Source of the DNA: a virus
Lineage: Duplodnaviria > Caudoviricetes
DNA length: 56,793 nt
Direction: 5' to 3' (one strand)
IMG/VR virus record: IMGVR_UViG_3300042509_002617
Coordinates: 1-56,793 of that record
The notes beneath the pieces were generated by a model. It made no database searches, was not told where the DNA came from, and worked only from the letters and a program-made list of their open reading frames with translations. Below are positions 34,770-44,561 of the stretch, piece after piece. The stretch's first letter is position 1. Each line of letters starts with the position of its first letter. Both the position numbers and the translations under genes were made by a program.

Positions 34770-36748
34770 TCGCTCTCCGCAGCATCCGCCAGCGTGCTCA
34801 GGCCAAGGCTGTGGCCGACCGGCACGCCCTGTTCCTGCGGCAGCATGCCCGGCAGGAACGCCGGGTCCAGATCGACATGCAGCGGTGGCGGGCCCCAATC
34901 CTCGACCGCATCGCGACAACGCTCGAGAACTGGCCGAACAGCAACCCGGTGGCGGGCCTGGTATGGCAGCCGACTGCCGAGGATGAGCGGTCATTCCGGG
35001 CGATGATCCGCCGGGCTCTGGTCCGGATGCAACTGGCGGGGGCGTCCCTCGAATCGCAGTACCTCGACACGGCTCTGGGGCGGGACCAGTCCAAGCAATC
35101 GTGGCGCCAGCTTCAGGGGCGGTTTCGCTCCGAGCGGCAGATTGCCCCGGTGACCCCCGTTGGCAACGAGCTGGACCCGGACGACATCTACATCGAGTTC
35201 AGCCCCGAGATGCGGACGGCCGTTGACACCTGGACCTCCGCGCGGGAGGTGGGTCTCTGGCAGAAGATCCAGTCGGGGACCTCGCGGGCCTTGTCCAAGG
35301 CGATCTCCACCGGACTTGCCGAGGGATTGTCGATCGATGACCTGATGAAGGCGGTCATGGCAGAGATCACCGAATACGACAAGGTGCAGGCCCGCCGCGT
35401 GGCCCGCACTGAGGCGACTGGGGCGATGAATCACGGTGCCTACCTGGAGCAGGTGGATGCCGAGGTCCCGTTCCGCGAGTGGCTGCGAACGATCGATCTG
35501 AGAACCCGCGGATTCAATCCCGACAAAAAAGAGAAGTTCAACCACTACAACGCAAATCAGGTTGTGCCCGCCACAGAGCCGTTTGTGGTCAGCGGCGAGC
35601 GGATGAACTACCCCGGGGACACGACGTTCGGGGCCAGTGCCGGGAACGTGATCAACTGCCGGTGCAGTTGTGCGGCCAATTTCGACGGGCCGAGAAAGGC
35701 CCGAAAGAAAGAATCTCCCGGAAGCACAAAGCCGCCAGAACAACCTCCCAGTGCCGAAGTTACGGAAGCCAAGCCGGTTGAAAAGAAAACCCTGCGCGAA
35801 CGCATTGATTCCGCGATTAGCAGCGACAGAAATAAACAGATGAGGGATGACCTGCGGGGAATTCACATCGCTTACGAGCCGCGAATCAAAAAAGCAAAGG
35901 ACACTTACGAGAAGGCTGCAGATGCATATGAGCAATTGGCCAAAGAGTTCAAGGGAATCGCTTTGTCGCCAGAGGTGTTTACAGATGCTGGCAGGCAAAA
36001 GAAAAACATTATGTGGGATAAACTGAAAGCCCAAGAGCCAAAGCTCGAAAGACTGCGGAATAAGTATAAAGAGGAGGTCGAGAAAAGACGGATGGCAATG
36101 CACGATGTGCTCGGAAGAGGTTCGAAATCCCCATTTTCATTGGACTTCGGCTTGAAGAATCCCGACGCAATTGCAACAGCAGCAAGCCACATTGAGTCGG
36201 CTCAAAGAAAGGTTCTGTATCCACCATCGGACACCTTTGTATCTAAAACACAAAAGGCTGACGAATTCCTTGCTCGCTTTTGGTCTCGCGACGACCTCGC
36301 CAATAGGGCGTATGCCATACAATTGCAAAACGGAAACCGTGCGTGTGCATACCGTGGGGCAGCATTTGCAACGGATCAGAATGACATTTCCATATTCGTT
36401 CACGAATTTGGCCATGTGATCGAACACACCGACAAGGAAGTCATGGCGTTGTGTCGGGAGTATGTCGAATCCCGGATTACAAAAGCGTCGACGCGAGACT
36501 ATCTGCTGACGGATTTGTTTCCAGATTCCGGGTTCGACGCAGACGAGATTGGAAACGCGGACGACTTCTTTAAGCTGTTTGGCCAACATGGTGCGGATCC
36601 ATACTATGTTGGAAAACGATACGCTGACGGGCAAAACGAACTGTTGTCTATGACACTGCAGTACCTATATGCTGATCCACATGCGGTCGCCACGAAGGAT
36701 TTCGAGCTTTTCTCATTTGTCATGTCAATGGCGGAGGGAACCCTGTGA
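34766..36748 (+). CDS. MuF (SPP1 gp7-like) minor head protein with C-terminal HEXXH metallopeptidase-like extension
   Basis: ARRVARTE...W....D.RTR...PF.V.GE...YPGD...INCRC, then FVHEFGHVIE...ELLSM. Confidence 0.85.
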   Translation: MIALRSIRQRAQAKAVADRHALFLRQHARQERRVQIDMQRWRAPILDRIATTLENWPNSNPVAGLVWQPTAEDERSFRAMIRRALVRMQLAGASLESQYLDTALGRDQSKQSWRQLQGRFRSERQIAPVTPVGNELDPDDIYIEFSPEMRTAVDTWTSAREVGLWQKIQSGTSRALSKAISTGLAEGLSIDDLMKAVMAEITEYDKVQARRVARTEATGAMNHGAYLEQVDAEVPFREWLRTIDLRTRGFNPDKKEKFNHYNANQVVPATEPFVVSGERMNYPGDTTFGASAGNVINCRCSCAANFDGPRKARKKESPGSTKPPEQPPSAEVTEAKPVEKKTLRERIDSAISSDRNKQMRDDLRGIHIAYEPRIKKAKDTYEKAADAYEQLAKEFKGIALSPEVFTDAGRQKKNIMWDKLKAQEPKLERLRNKYKEEVEKRRMAMHDVLGRGSKSPFSLDFGLKNPDAIATAASHIESAQRKVLYPPSDTFVSKTQKADEFLARFWSRDDLANRAYAIQLQNGNRACAYRGAAFATDQNDISIFVHEFGHVIEHTDKEVMALCREYVESRITKASTRDYLLTDLFPDSGFDADEIGNADDFFKLFGQHGADPYYVGKRYADGQNELLSMTLQYLYADPHAVATKDFELFSFVMSMAEGTL

Positions 36749-36996
36749 GAGCGTTAACTCTGAGCAAGGACCTAGACGTCGTCGCGACGTTGTCCGACCA
36801 ATGCGTATGGACATGCGACGCTATTCCGGAAATGGCAACTTTACTGAATAATTTTACGGCGCGGGTCGTAGAGAATTTGTCTCCATCCGACGGAGATCCA
36901 CCTTCGGTAGTGCTTGCCTTGGCTGCACAGCATTTTGCGCCTGCCACGGCACAGCACCAACAAGTCCCACCAATCGCAACGGGTGTTACCCCATAG
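36745..36996 (+). CDS. Small protein coupled to MuF (candidate immunity or partner)
   Basis: GTGA overlap; same AT-richer segment as the MuF C-terminus. Confidence 0.5.
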   Translation: MRALTLSKDLDVVATLSDQCVWTCDAIPEMATLLNNFTARVVENLSPSDGDPPSVVLALAAQHFAPATAQHQQVPPIATGVTP

Positions 36997-37003
36997 GACA
37001 GCG

Positions 37004-37369
37004 ATGAGCACAATTTTTCGTGTGACCTACCAGCAGCGCACCAGCCCCCAGTTGCACTCCGCCAGCGTGCTGTGCCAGTCGAGAGATCTGGACGCCGTCG
37101 CGTTGACCGGTATTCTGGGAGCCCTGGTCGCCAAGACAGGTCTTGACCAGTCCGACATTCACATCAGCGGCATCGACCGCCTTGACGAGGTCCTGGAGGC
37201 CCACCATGAGCAACACCGACCTGATTCAACTGACCCCCAGCCAGCTCAAGGGCCTGCTGCGTCGGGAACGCCGAGTGGGCAGCCGTCAGCGCCAGCGAGC
37301 CCCGCAGCCGGGCCAGCCCCTGCCCGTGCCCCAGGGGGGAATCCGTCTCGCAAATCCTCTGGGCGTTGA
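37004..37369 (+). CDS. Hypothetical protein
   Basis: AGGA RBS; 3' end overlaps the protease gene. Confidence 0.35.
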   Translation: MSTIFRVTYQQRTSPQLHSASVLCQSRDLDAVALTGILGALVAKTGLDQSDIHISGIDRLDEVLEAHHEQHRPDSTDPQPAQGPAASGTPSGQPSAPASPAAGPAPARAPGGNPSRKSSGR

Positions 37370-38405
37370 CGCCTGGCAGGATGAAGACACCGTCGAGGCG
37401 TGGAGCTACGAAGCTCAGGCACTCGACGGGCGGGAGGTGCTCGACGTGCTGGCCACCACCAGCCCCGGCTGCCTGACCCAGACCGGCTACCCGTTCTCCG
37501 CCTGTCAGGCGGCGAGCGTGAAGGCCAAGGACCCCAGCAAGATGTCGGCGACGTTTGCCGTGGTCACCCGTGGGAAGGCCCCCAACCGGCACGGCAACAT
37601 GGTGCAGATTGCCGAGGGCCCGAACGGCCGCGGCATGACCATCGACGACTGGGCGGCCAACCCGGTGGTGCTGTTCGATCACGGCATGGGGCTCTCGATG
37701 CCCATTGGCACGGCCATGCGTGACGGCGAGCTGTACTGGCGGGCCTCGAAGAATCAGGCGGTCAGCACGGTGTTTTTCTCGCAGTCTCTCCCCGAGGCGG
37801 CGGCGATCTACGCCCTGATTGACGAGGGAATTCTTCGCGCGGCCTCCGTGCAGTTCATCCCCACCAAGGCAATGCGGCTGAACATGAAGAACGACAAGCT
37901 CCCGGACGGGGTGCAGTCGCTCGACTACGCCGGGTACGACTTCGTTGAGAGCCAGCTTCTGGAATGGTCGGTCGTGGCGATCCCGGCCGACCCGGGAGCC
38001 CTGAAGAAGTCGCTCGATGCGGGTAAGGTCGCTGGGCAGAAGATCGGCGCAGGTCTGAAGTGGGCTCTCGCCCAACGGCTGGCCCCGACTCCCGCGCAGG
38101 GGATCGGCGTGACCTTCGACAAGGCCGAACCCGCCGCGACTGAAAATGGCGAAACTGTTCGCCATTCCCAAACCAGTGTTGACAGCACTGGGGATAAATC
38201 TACCCTTGCTCCATCTGTGGTGGTCGACGCGATCGACTACCGCGAGTTGGCTGGCAAGGTTCGCCAGTCACTGTCCCAGCCAGAGCCGACGATCGACGCG
38301 GCGGCAGTGGTGAAGGAAGTGCAGTCAGTGCTCGGAGGTCTGACAGTCGTCGCTCAGGGACAGCAGTCCCTGGCCAAACGGCTGGCCCAGATCGCCGGAC
38401 ACTGA
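37206..38405 (+). CDS. HK97-family prohead maturation protease
   Basis: NPVVLFDH...PIG, ASV.F, LLEWSVV.IPA.P.A. Confidence 0.85.
   Translation: MSNTDLIQLTPSQLKGLLRRERRVGSRQRQRAPQPGQPLPVPQGGIRLANPLGVDAWQDEDTVEAWSYEAQALDGREVLDVLATTSPGCLTQTGYPFSACQAASVKAKDPSKMSATFAVVTRGKAPNRHGNMVQIAEGPNGRGMTIDDWAANPVVLFDHGMGLSMPIGTAMRDGELYWRASKNQAVSTVFFSQSLPEAAAIYALIDEGILRAASVQFIPTKAMRLNMKNDKLPDGVQSLDYAGYDFVESQLLEWSVVAIPADPGALKKSLDAGKVAGQKIGAGLKWALAQRLAPTPAQGIGVTFDKAEPAATENGETVRHSQTSVDSTGDKSTLAPSVVVDAIDYRELAGKVRQSLSQPEPTIDAAAVVKEVQSVLGGLTVVAQGQQSLAKRLAQIAGH
38172..38206 (+). promoter_or_regulatory. Operator palindrome overlapping an internal promoter upstream of the capsid gene
   Basis: ACCAGTGTT-GAC-AGCACTGGG containing TTGACA-16-TACCCT. 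Confidence 0.55.
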
Positions 38406-38458
38406 AAAACCCGTTTCAGTTTTCCCATTGGCCCATAACTAGGGCCCGGAGAAACACC

Positions 38459-39949
38459 ATGAGTCTCGCGACTGCCGCCGCTCCGGCCCCCGAAGCGGCC
38501 ACTCCCGCCAGCAATGGACAGGCGGAACTGTTGTCCGCGATTCGGCAGACGGTGTCTGACCAAATCGCTCCCATCCAGCAGGCCCACGCGGCTCTGCAGA
38601 CGCAGGTCGAGAGCCTGCTGAAGCCCACGCCCCAGGCCCAGTCGGCCGCATCGAGCCTGTTCGGTGCTCCGGGGGCTGCCCCTGGAATCCGACAGGGTGA
38701 AGACCCGCTGGGGTCCCGTGGCTACTCGTTCGCCAAGGCGGCTGCCCTCCGGCAGAACGCCATCAGCCGCGATCAATGCAAGGTCGAGCTGCAGATGCAC
38801 GACTTGCTGTCGACCGTGATGCGGCAGCAGGGGTTCGTGCCGGATGCGGGCGATTCGATTCTGGTTCCGCTGTGGATCGATGGCATTCCCGGCCTCTCGA
38901 CCACTCAACGGGCTGAGGTGCGGGCGACGATTCAGCAGGGCGTGCATGGCCTCGACATGGACCATGTGCGACAGGTGGCCAGGGCTGCGGCCATTCGACA
39001 GGGCCTGTCGCAGTACGACGACACCGGTCTCGGCGTGCTGCTCGGCCCCACCACGATGGGTGACCTGGTCGATCTGATCCGGGCGAAGGAAGTCTTCAGC
39101 CGCGCCGGGTCGACTCAGCTGGCTCTGCCGCCCAACGGTCGGCTGCGGTTCCCCCGCCAGACCGGTGCGACCACCGCGTACTGGGTGGGCGAGTCGGGCA
39201 CGGTCACGTCGAGCGAGCCCACTTCGGGCGACATCGACATGATCGCCAAGAAGCTGGCCACGCTGGTCAAGCTGCCGAACGAGTTGCTGCGGTTCGGCAA
39301 CCCGTCGGTCGAGGCGTTCGTCCGCAACGACATGGCCCGTGTCATGGCTCTGGCGGCGGACGCGGCGTTCCTGGTTGGTCCGGGGTCGACCGTTCGGCCC
39401 AAGGGCTTGCTCTCGTACGCTGGCGTGCAGTCGCACACCGCGAGCACGGTCGGCACCGACGGCAACACGTTCGAGCCCGAGGACGTCAACCTCATGCTCG
39501 GCAAGTTGCAGGAAGCCAACCACGACACCGACGGTCTTGGCGCGGCGTGGGTCATGCGTCCCCTGATGCGGGCCGGGCTCAGCAATCGCCGGGCGTCGGT
39601 CTACAACGGGACCACAGTCGTCGCCAAGGGCGAGTTCCTGTTCGACATGGACCGCGGTGCTCAGCAGAACGGCATGCAGGGTCGGCTGTCGGGCTCCCCG
39701 ATCGTCACGTCGACGCAGGTGCCGAACAACCGCACCAAGGGTTCCGGCACCACCCTCACGCAGATCCTGTGTGGTGTGTTCGCGCATCACATGATCGGCC
39801 GTGTGGGCGTGGCGGAGTTCGCCACCTCGACCCAAGGCGACACGCCGTTCACGACCGACCAGACCTGGATGCGGGTCATCCAGCATATGGACGCCGGTCT
39901 CCGGTATGAGGATGCGTTCATCCAGTGCGACCAGATCATCAACGGCTGA
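38459..39949 (+). CDS. Major capsid protein (HK97 fold)
   Basis: PRQTG...AYWVGE, KKLA.L....NELL, D.AFL.G.G....PKG, G.L.G.P. Confidence 0.92.
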   Translation: MSLATAAAPAPEAATPASNGQAELLSAIRQTVSDQIAPIQQAHAALQTQVESLLKPTPQAQSAASSLFGAPGAAPGIRQGEDPLGSRGYSFAKAAALRQNAISRDQCKVELQMHDLLSTVMRQQGFVPDAGDSILVPLWIDGIPGLSTTQRAEVRATIQQGVHGLDMDHVRQVARAAAIRQGLSQYDDTGLGVLLGPTTMGDLVDLIRAKEVFSRAGSTQLALPPNGRLRFPRQTGATTAYWVGESGTVTSSEPTSGDIDMIAKKLATLVKLPNELLRFGNPSVEAFVRNDMARVMALAADAAFLVGPGSTVRPKGLLSYAGVQSHTASTVGTDGNTFEPEDVNLMLGKLQEANHDTDGLGAAWVMRPLMRAGLSNRRASVYNGTTVVAKGEFLFDMDRGAQQNGMQGRLSGSPIVTSTQVPNNRTKGSGTTLTQILCGVFAHHMIGRVGVAEFATSTQGDTPFTTDQTWMRVIQHMDAGLRYEDAFIQCDQIING

Positions 39950-40011
39950 TCGCGGTCTGACGCCTGACGCCTGATTTCTTCACACACCATTTGCCCTGAG
40001 GGGATTGAACC

Positions 40012-40416
40012 ATGAGTGTTTCGTTTGATGCACGCAACCAGCTGGGGGGAGGCCCCAGCCAACTGCCGGGGAGTACTGCCCTGTCCGGCACGACTGCCGC
40101 CAACGGCAGCTCGGTCGACTGTGACCTGATCGACGGGCCGATCACCCTGTTCGTGTTCACCGGGACGGCCACCGGATCGCCGACCAGCTTTTCTGTGGCT
40201 GCCAAGCTGCAGGAGAGCGACGACGGGTCGAGCGGCTGGACCGATTTGGCCACGCAGGAAACCCTGTCGATGACCTCCGGCGGGTCTCGCGGTGCTCTGC
40301 GGGGAATCCGCACCAAGCGGTATTGCCGCAGCGTGCTGACCCCGGCGTTCGTCGGCGGATCGTCGCCGACGGTGCCGACCACCAGTTTTGTGACCGGAAA
40401 CCTGCGGCGGACCTGA
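40012..40416 (+). CDS. Head decoration/cement protein
   Basis: Position after MCP; G..VD...LQESDDGS..WTD...KRY.R pattern. Confidence 0.6.
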   Translation: MSVSFDARNQLGGGPSQLPGSTALSGTTAANGSSVDCDLIDGPITLFVFTGTATGSPTSFSVAAKLQESDDGSSGWTDLATQETLSMTSGGSRGALRGIRTKRYCRSVLTPAFVGGSSPTVPTTSFVTGNLRRT

Positions 40417-40445
40417 TCCGTCGAGAGTCTTCTGTTTGCCCGCAC

Positions 40446-40487
40446 CGGCCCGGGCTGTGGTGAGTGCCGCAGCCCGGGCCGTCTTTT
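40446..40487 (+). terminator. Terminator after the capsid/decoration genes
   Basis: 15-bp GC stem followed by TCTTTT. Confidence 0.6.
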
Positions 40488-40498
40488 AGGAATCCTCG

Positions 40499-40777
40499 AT
40501 GCCTCGCACACTCGAACAAATCGACACGGCACTGACTGCCCTGCAAGGCACCGTCAACACACTGGCTGGCACGGTGGCGCAGCTCAACCGATCAGTGACG
40601 ACACTGACCACCGATCTGAACGGGCTCCGAAACGGGCTGGCGACGGTCCCCGCCCCAGCGACCTCACTGGCCAAGGCTGCCGCCAGCCTGGAGGCCATCC
40701 ACGGGCACCTGGCCCCGCTGGCTGACCATGCCAAGGCGATCCTCAAGGTGCAAGCCGGTTCGATGGGGGTTGGCTGA
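40499..40777 (+). CDS. Coiled-coil hypothetical protein
   Basis: Heptad pattern. Confidence 0.5.
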   Translation: MPRTLEQIDTALTALQGTVNTLAGTVAQLNRSVTTLTTDLNGLRNGLATVPAPATSLAKAAASLEAIHGHLAPLADHAKAILKVQAGSMGVG

Positions 40778-41286
40778 TGAACAACGGATATCTCCTTGTC
40801 CCCGGACGTGCCTGGCCAGTTGGTGTGGAGTTCCCCTCAGCTGCGGTCTTGGTGCCGGAGGGGACAACCAACATTCGTTTTTCGCTGGTGTCCTACCAGC
40901 CGACTCGCGAAAGGCCGCAATTTGGCGGCCGAATGCAGGCGCTGTGGACCGATGCGACGAAGAGCCGCCTTGCTCGCGCTGGAGTGTGGCAGCTCTTACC
41001 CCGCGACGCATGGGACCCGATTGAGCTGGCGGAAGGCTTGCCCAAAGCGGGCCACGAGGTGGGTCAAGCCAACGGAATCGTCCCCCACAACGTTGGGGCG
41101 TTCGAATACGACCCGCGAGACAGTCCGGCTGTCGATGGAAACGACCGTCCCGAGTGGGCTACCCACGCTCTGGTGATCTACGAGCTGTGGGGCGGGAACA
41201 ACGGCAGTGAGGTGCATGTTTCCGTGGTGGCGGAGGCATTTGCGGCACAGCCGGGCGGCGAGATGACTCCGCTGGAGTTTTCCTGA
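40777..41286 (+). CDS. Hypothetical structural protein
   Basis: TGATG-coupled. Confidence 0.5.
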   Translation: MNNGYLLVPGRAWPVGVEFPSAAVLVPEGTTNIRFSLVSYQPTRERPQFGGRMQALWTDATKSRLARAGVWQLLPRDAWDPIELAEGLPKAGHEVGQANGIVPHNVGAFEYDPRDSPAVDGNDRPEWATHALVIYELWGGNNGSEVHVSVVAEAFAAQPGGEMTPLEFS

Positions 41287-42674
41287 TGCCGATTGTCCAG
41301 ACCAAGGTCCAAGCGATCACCAGCTCGTCCAACAGCCATCAGGTGCAGTTCGCCGCCCCTGTAACGCTGGGCAACTGGGTGGTGATCATTTGGAGACAGT
41401 TCACCACCGGCAGAACTCCTGGCGTGCCGTCTCCTGCGGCAGGCACGTGGAGCGGTGTGCAGGACTTTCTGGCGACCCCCGGCGGGACATCTGGCCGAAT
41501 CTATTGCTGGTCCGCTCAGCAGACTGGGGCGGCGACCGACACGTACACGATCACGATTTCCGGGGGGCTCACCGGCCTCGGGGGAATTGTGGCCTACGAG
41601 CTGTCTGGGGTCGACGTGACCGGCACGCCACGGGGCGCACGCGGTACGCAAACCCTATCAAGTACGACCTCCTGGAATCTGATCGCGTCCCCCGGGATCT
41701 CTCTCACCAGTGGGGACGTCATCATCGGGGCGGCTGGCGTTGACGCCGCCTCATGGGGCACCCTGACGGCCCCGAGCGGATTCGACACTGAGCACAGCTC
41801 GACGGTGTCACCGTGGACGTCGACGTGGGTCGGTGACCGCACGACTGCGGGCAGCGGCATCACGGGGGCGGCCAGCAACACGACGAGCCGGGTAATCTAC
41901 ACCGGGTATCAGGTCTACCTGCAGGCATCATCCGGCACATCGATCTCGGTGTCCGACTCCGGCAGCGGCTCGGACGCCGCGCCGTCGATCTCGTGCAGCC
42001 TGTCGCAAGAGGAAACCAGTTCAGGCACTGACGGAAGCCCCTCAATCTCGTGCAGCTTGTCCCAGGCCGACAGCGGGGCGGGGCTCGATTCTGCTCCGTC
42101 GTGCTCCGTCTCGCTGTCCCTCCTGGAGTCGTCGCAGGCGTCGGATTTTCTCGGCACTCTCGATGTGCTGCTGGCGGCGATCACCGACAGCGGAAGCGGT
42201 TCGGACTTCGTCGCCCAGATCCAGCAAGGGATTCTGATTGCGATCGCGGAGGCTGGTCTCGGGACCGACGCGATCACCAATCTGGCCTGTTCGTTGTCGA
42301 CCGCGGACGACTGCACCGGGGCAGATGAGGCGGCGGTGTCCGTCCAGTTGCAACAGATCCTCGACGCCTGTGTGGGCTCGGACACCGTCGAGTGTGCCGC
42401 CAGCCTGTCGCTGATCGAAACCGCCGCGGGTGTCGAGGCGGTCGCCTGCTCCGTGCAGCTCTCCCTGTCGGACTCAGCCACGGGGCTCGACCTGCTGACC
42501 AGTTTGGCGGCTGTCATCGCCATCGCGGAGCAATGCAACGGGATCGACACGATCAACGTGCAGACCGGTAGCGCCAGCTCTGGCCGGGTCGCCACGATCT
42601 CATTCACCGCGCAGGCCAAGTCTGCGGCGTTCGCACCTGCCGCCAAGTCCGCCACTTTCACCCCCACCACCTGA
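41286..42674 (+). CDS. Ser/Thr/Gly-rich virion fibre-like protein with approximately 20-aa D(S)G.G.D repeats
   Basis: Beta-rich N-domain, then SDSGSGSD, ADSGAGLD, TDSGSGSD and similar repeats. Confidence 0.6.
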   Translation: MPIVQTKVQAITSSSNSHQVQFAAPVTLGNWVVIIWRQFTTGRTPGVPSPAAGTWSGVQDFLATPGGTSGRIYCWSAQQTGAATDTYTITISGGLTGLGGIVAYELSGVDVTGTPRGARGTQTLSSTTSWNLIASPGISLTSGDVIIGAAGVDAASWGTLTAPSGFDTEHSSTVSPWTSTWVGDRTTAGSGITGAASNTTSRVIYTGYQVYLQASSGTSISVSDSGSGSDAAPSISCSLSQEETSSGTDGSPSISCSLSQADSGAGLDSAPSCSVSLSLLESSQASDFLGTLDVLLAAITDSGSGSDFVAQIQQGILIAIAEAGLGTDAITNLACSLSTADDCTGADEAAVSVQLQQILDACVGSDTVECAASLSLIETAAGVEAVACSVQLSLSDSATGLDLLTSLAAVIAIAEQCNGIDTINVQTGSASSGRVATISFTAQAKSAAFAPAAKSATFTPTT

Positions 42675-42681
42675 GGAAACC

Positions 42682-43239
42682 ATGACGCTCCTGAAAGAAC
42701 TGATCCGGCGACTTGCCAAGCACATGGAGGTTGCCGGTTCGCTGGCCCGGGCGGCCCTGCTGCGGGAACGATTCCGGTACCGCACGGAATGGACCATCAC
42801 GAAGTACGCCAGCGACGCGGACTTCGCGGAGGGCCGCGCTTACGAGGTGTGTCCGCTCCCGGGGAACGTCCTGGTGAACGGCGGTCTGCAGCTCATGATC
42901 GATCTGCTGATCGGGGCCGGGGGAACGGTCTACAGCAACGCCAACGCCTATCTGGGGGTCGGTGACAGCTCGACGGCCGAGGGGGCCAGCCAGACCGATC
43001 TGCAGGCCACCACCAACAAGCTGCGCAAGGCCATGTCGGCGAGCTACCCGGCGCGCTCCAGCCAGACCGTGACGTTCCGGGCGGCGTTCGGTTCGAGCGA
43101 TGCCAACCATGCGTGGAATGAGTTCGCTGTTTTCAACGCCTCGACAGCCGGCACCATGCTGAACCGCAAGGTCAGCTCCCAAGGGACCAAGGCCAGCGGC
43201 CAGACCTGGACCCTCGACCTCGCCATCACGTTTTCCTGA
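42682..43239 (+). CDS. Virion structural protein (fibre-base-like)
   Basis: N.LVN.G...YLGVG...T....QTDL...AN..W.E...FNA...G.MLNR pattern. Confidence 0.6.
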   Translation: MTLLKELIRRLAKHMEVAGSLARAALLRERFRYRTEWTITKYASDADFAEGRAYEVCPLPGNVLVNGGLQLMIDLLIGAGGTVYSNANAYLGVGDSSTAEGASQTDLQATTNKLRKAMSASYPARSSQTVTFRAAFGSSDANHAWNEFAVFNASTAGTMLNRKVSSQGTKASGQTWTLDLAITFS

Positions 43240-43251
43240 TCGGATCTCCCC

Positions 43252-44202
43252 ATGTGGACCGTCAACCAGAATGACAGCTTCCGAATCCCGGTCTCGTTCA
43301 AGGACGAAGCCGGGGTCGCGGTCGCCCCCACGTCGATCTCCTACACGATCCTCGACGTGGAGACTGGGACCACGGTCCGCGCGGCGACTCCGGTCACTCC
43401 CGCGGCGTCCTCGATCACGATCACCCTGACCTTCGACGACACCGCCCTGGTCGGCTCGGGGCGGAGGTCAGAGGAACGCCTCCTGCGGGTGACTGCGGTC
43501 TACGGCACGGATGCGGCTGGTGACCCGATCCAGAAGACTGACGAGTATGCGTTCCTGGTAGTCAAGCTGGGGCTCACGACTCTGTCGCGGCTCAAGCTGG
43601 CTCTCGGGAAGTCGGTGACCGACACCAGCGAAGATGACAAGCTCCTGACTCTGCTCGATGCGGCGGAGGCAACGGTCGCCCGCTACCTCAACCGGAACCT
43701 GCTGCAGGCGACCTACACCGAGTACTTCGACGGCATGGGGCGTCCGACGCTGGTCCTCTCGCATCGTCCGGTGGTCTCGGTGACTGGGGTCTGGGTCGAC
43801 CCGGTCGGGTACTACGGCCAGTCTGCTGGCGGGTTCGCGGCCTCGACCGCACTCACCCAGGGGCAGGACTGGGCGTTGATGGCTCCCGGGACCAACGAGA
43901 AGAACCCCGGGACCCTCAAGATGCTCTCCGCCCTGTGGGACGGCACCGGCCTGTCCAATTGGCCCCAGGGGCAGGGGAACATCAAGGTGACGTACGTCGC
44001 GGGATACACCCAAGTCCCGGCCGATGTGTCTCAGGCGGTGGCGATGATCGTCGGCCAGATGATCGCCCAGGCGGGGAACGGTCTCCCGATGCAGTCCGAG
44101 ACGCTCGGCGAGTACTCGTACACCCTGTTGACCGGGGAGCCTGGCCAAATGATGGCGGGGGCGCGGCAACTGCTCAACGCCTATCGTGAGGTGGTCGTAT
44201 GA
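43252..44202 (+). CDS. Head-tail adaptor (gp6-like) with N-terminal Ig-like extension
   Basis: LTTL..LK..L......D..L..L..AA...Y.NR, VTY.AGY..VP.D, SETLGEYSY. Confidence 0.8.
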   Translation: MWTVNQNDSFRIPVSFKDEAGVAVAPTSISYTILDVETGTTVRAATPVTPAASSITITLTFDDTALVGSGRRSEERLLRVTAVYGTDAAGDPIQKTDEYAFLVVKLGLTTLSRLKLALGKSVTDTSEDDKLLTLLDAAEATVARYLNRNLLQATYTEYFDGMGRPTLVLSHRPVVSVTGVWVDPVGYYGQSAGGFAASTALTQGQDWALMAPGTNEKNPGTLKMLSALWDGTGLSNWPQGQGNIKVTYVAGYTQVPADVSQAVAMIVGQMIAQAGNGLPMQSETLGEYSYTLLTGEPGQMMAGARQLLNAYREVVV

Positions 44203-44558
44203 GCCTCCAGAGCCTGCTCTCCCAGACCTGCACGATCCGCCGGGCATCGGTCTCGGTCGGGGCGACCGGCATCCCCTCGGTCACGTACACCGATCTGGAG
44301 ACCGGCGTGCGGTGTCTGCTGCAGGCAAAGGCGGGCCGCGCTCCCAACTCTGCGATGGGGCTCGACTTCGTGTTCGACGCGGTGCTGTTTGTCGGGCCAG
44401 ACACGGATCTCCAACCGGGCCAGAACGACGGCATCCACCCGGATCAGGTGGTCATCGGCGCGGCGACCTACACCGTGCAGGCGGTGATCGACCGGTCGGG
44501 GAAGCTCAACCACAAGACAGCCTATCTCAAGGGCTTCCGGCCCGTGGCAGGAGCGTGA
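44199..44558 (+). CDS. Head closure protein
   Basis: Position and LL.Q.CTI.R pattern. Confidence 0.6.
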   Translation: MSLQSLLSQTCTIRRASVSVGATGIPSVTYTDLETGVRCLLQAKAGRAPNSAMGLDFVFDAVLFVGPDTDLQPGQNDGIHPDQVVIGAATYTVQAVIDRSGKLNHKTAYLKGFRPVAGA

Positions 44559-44561
44559 AGC

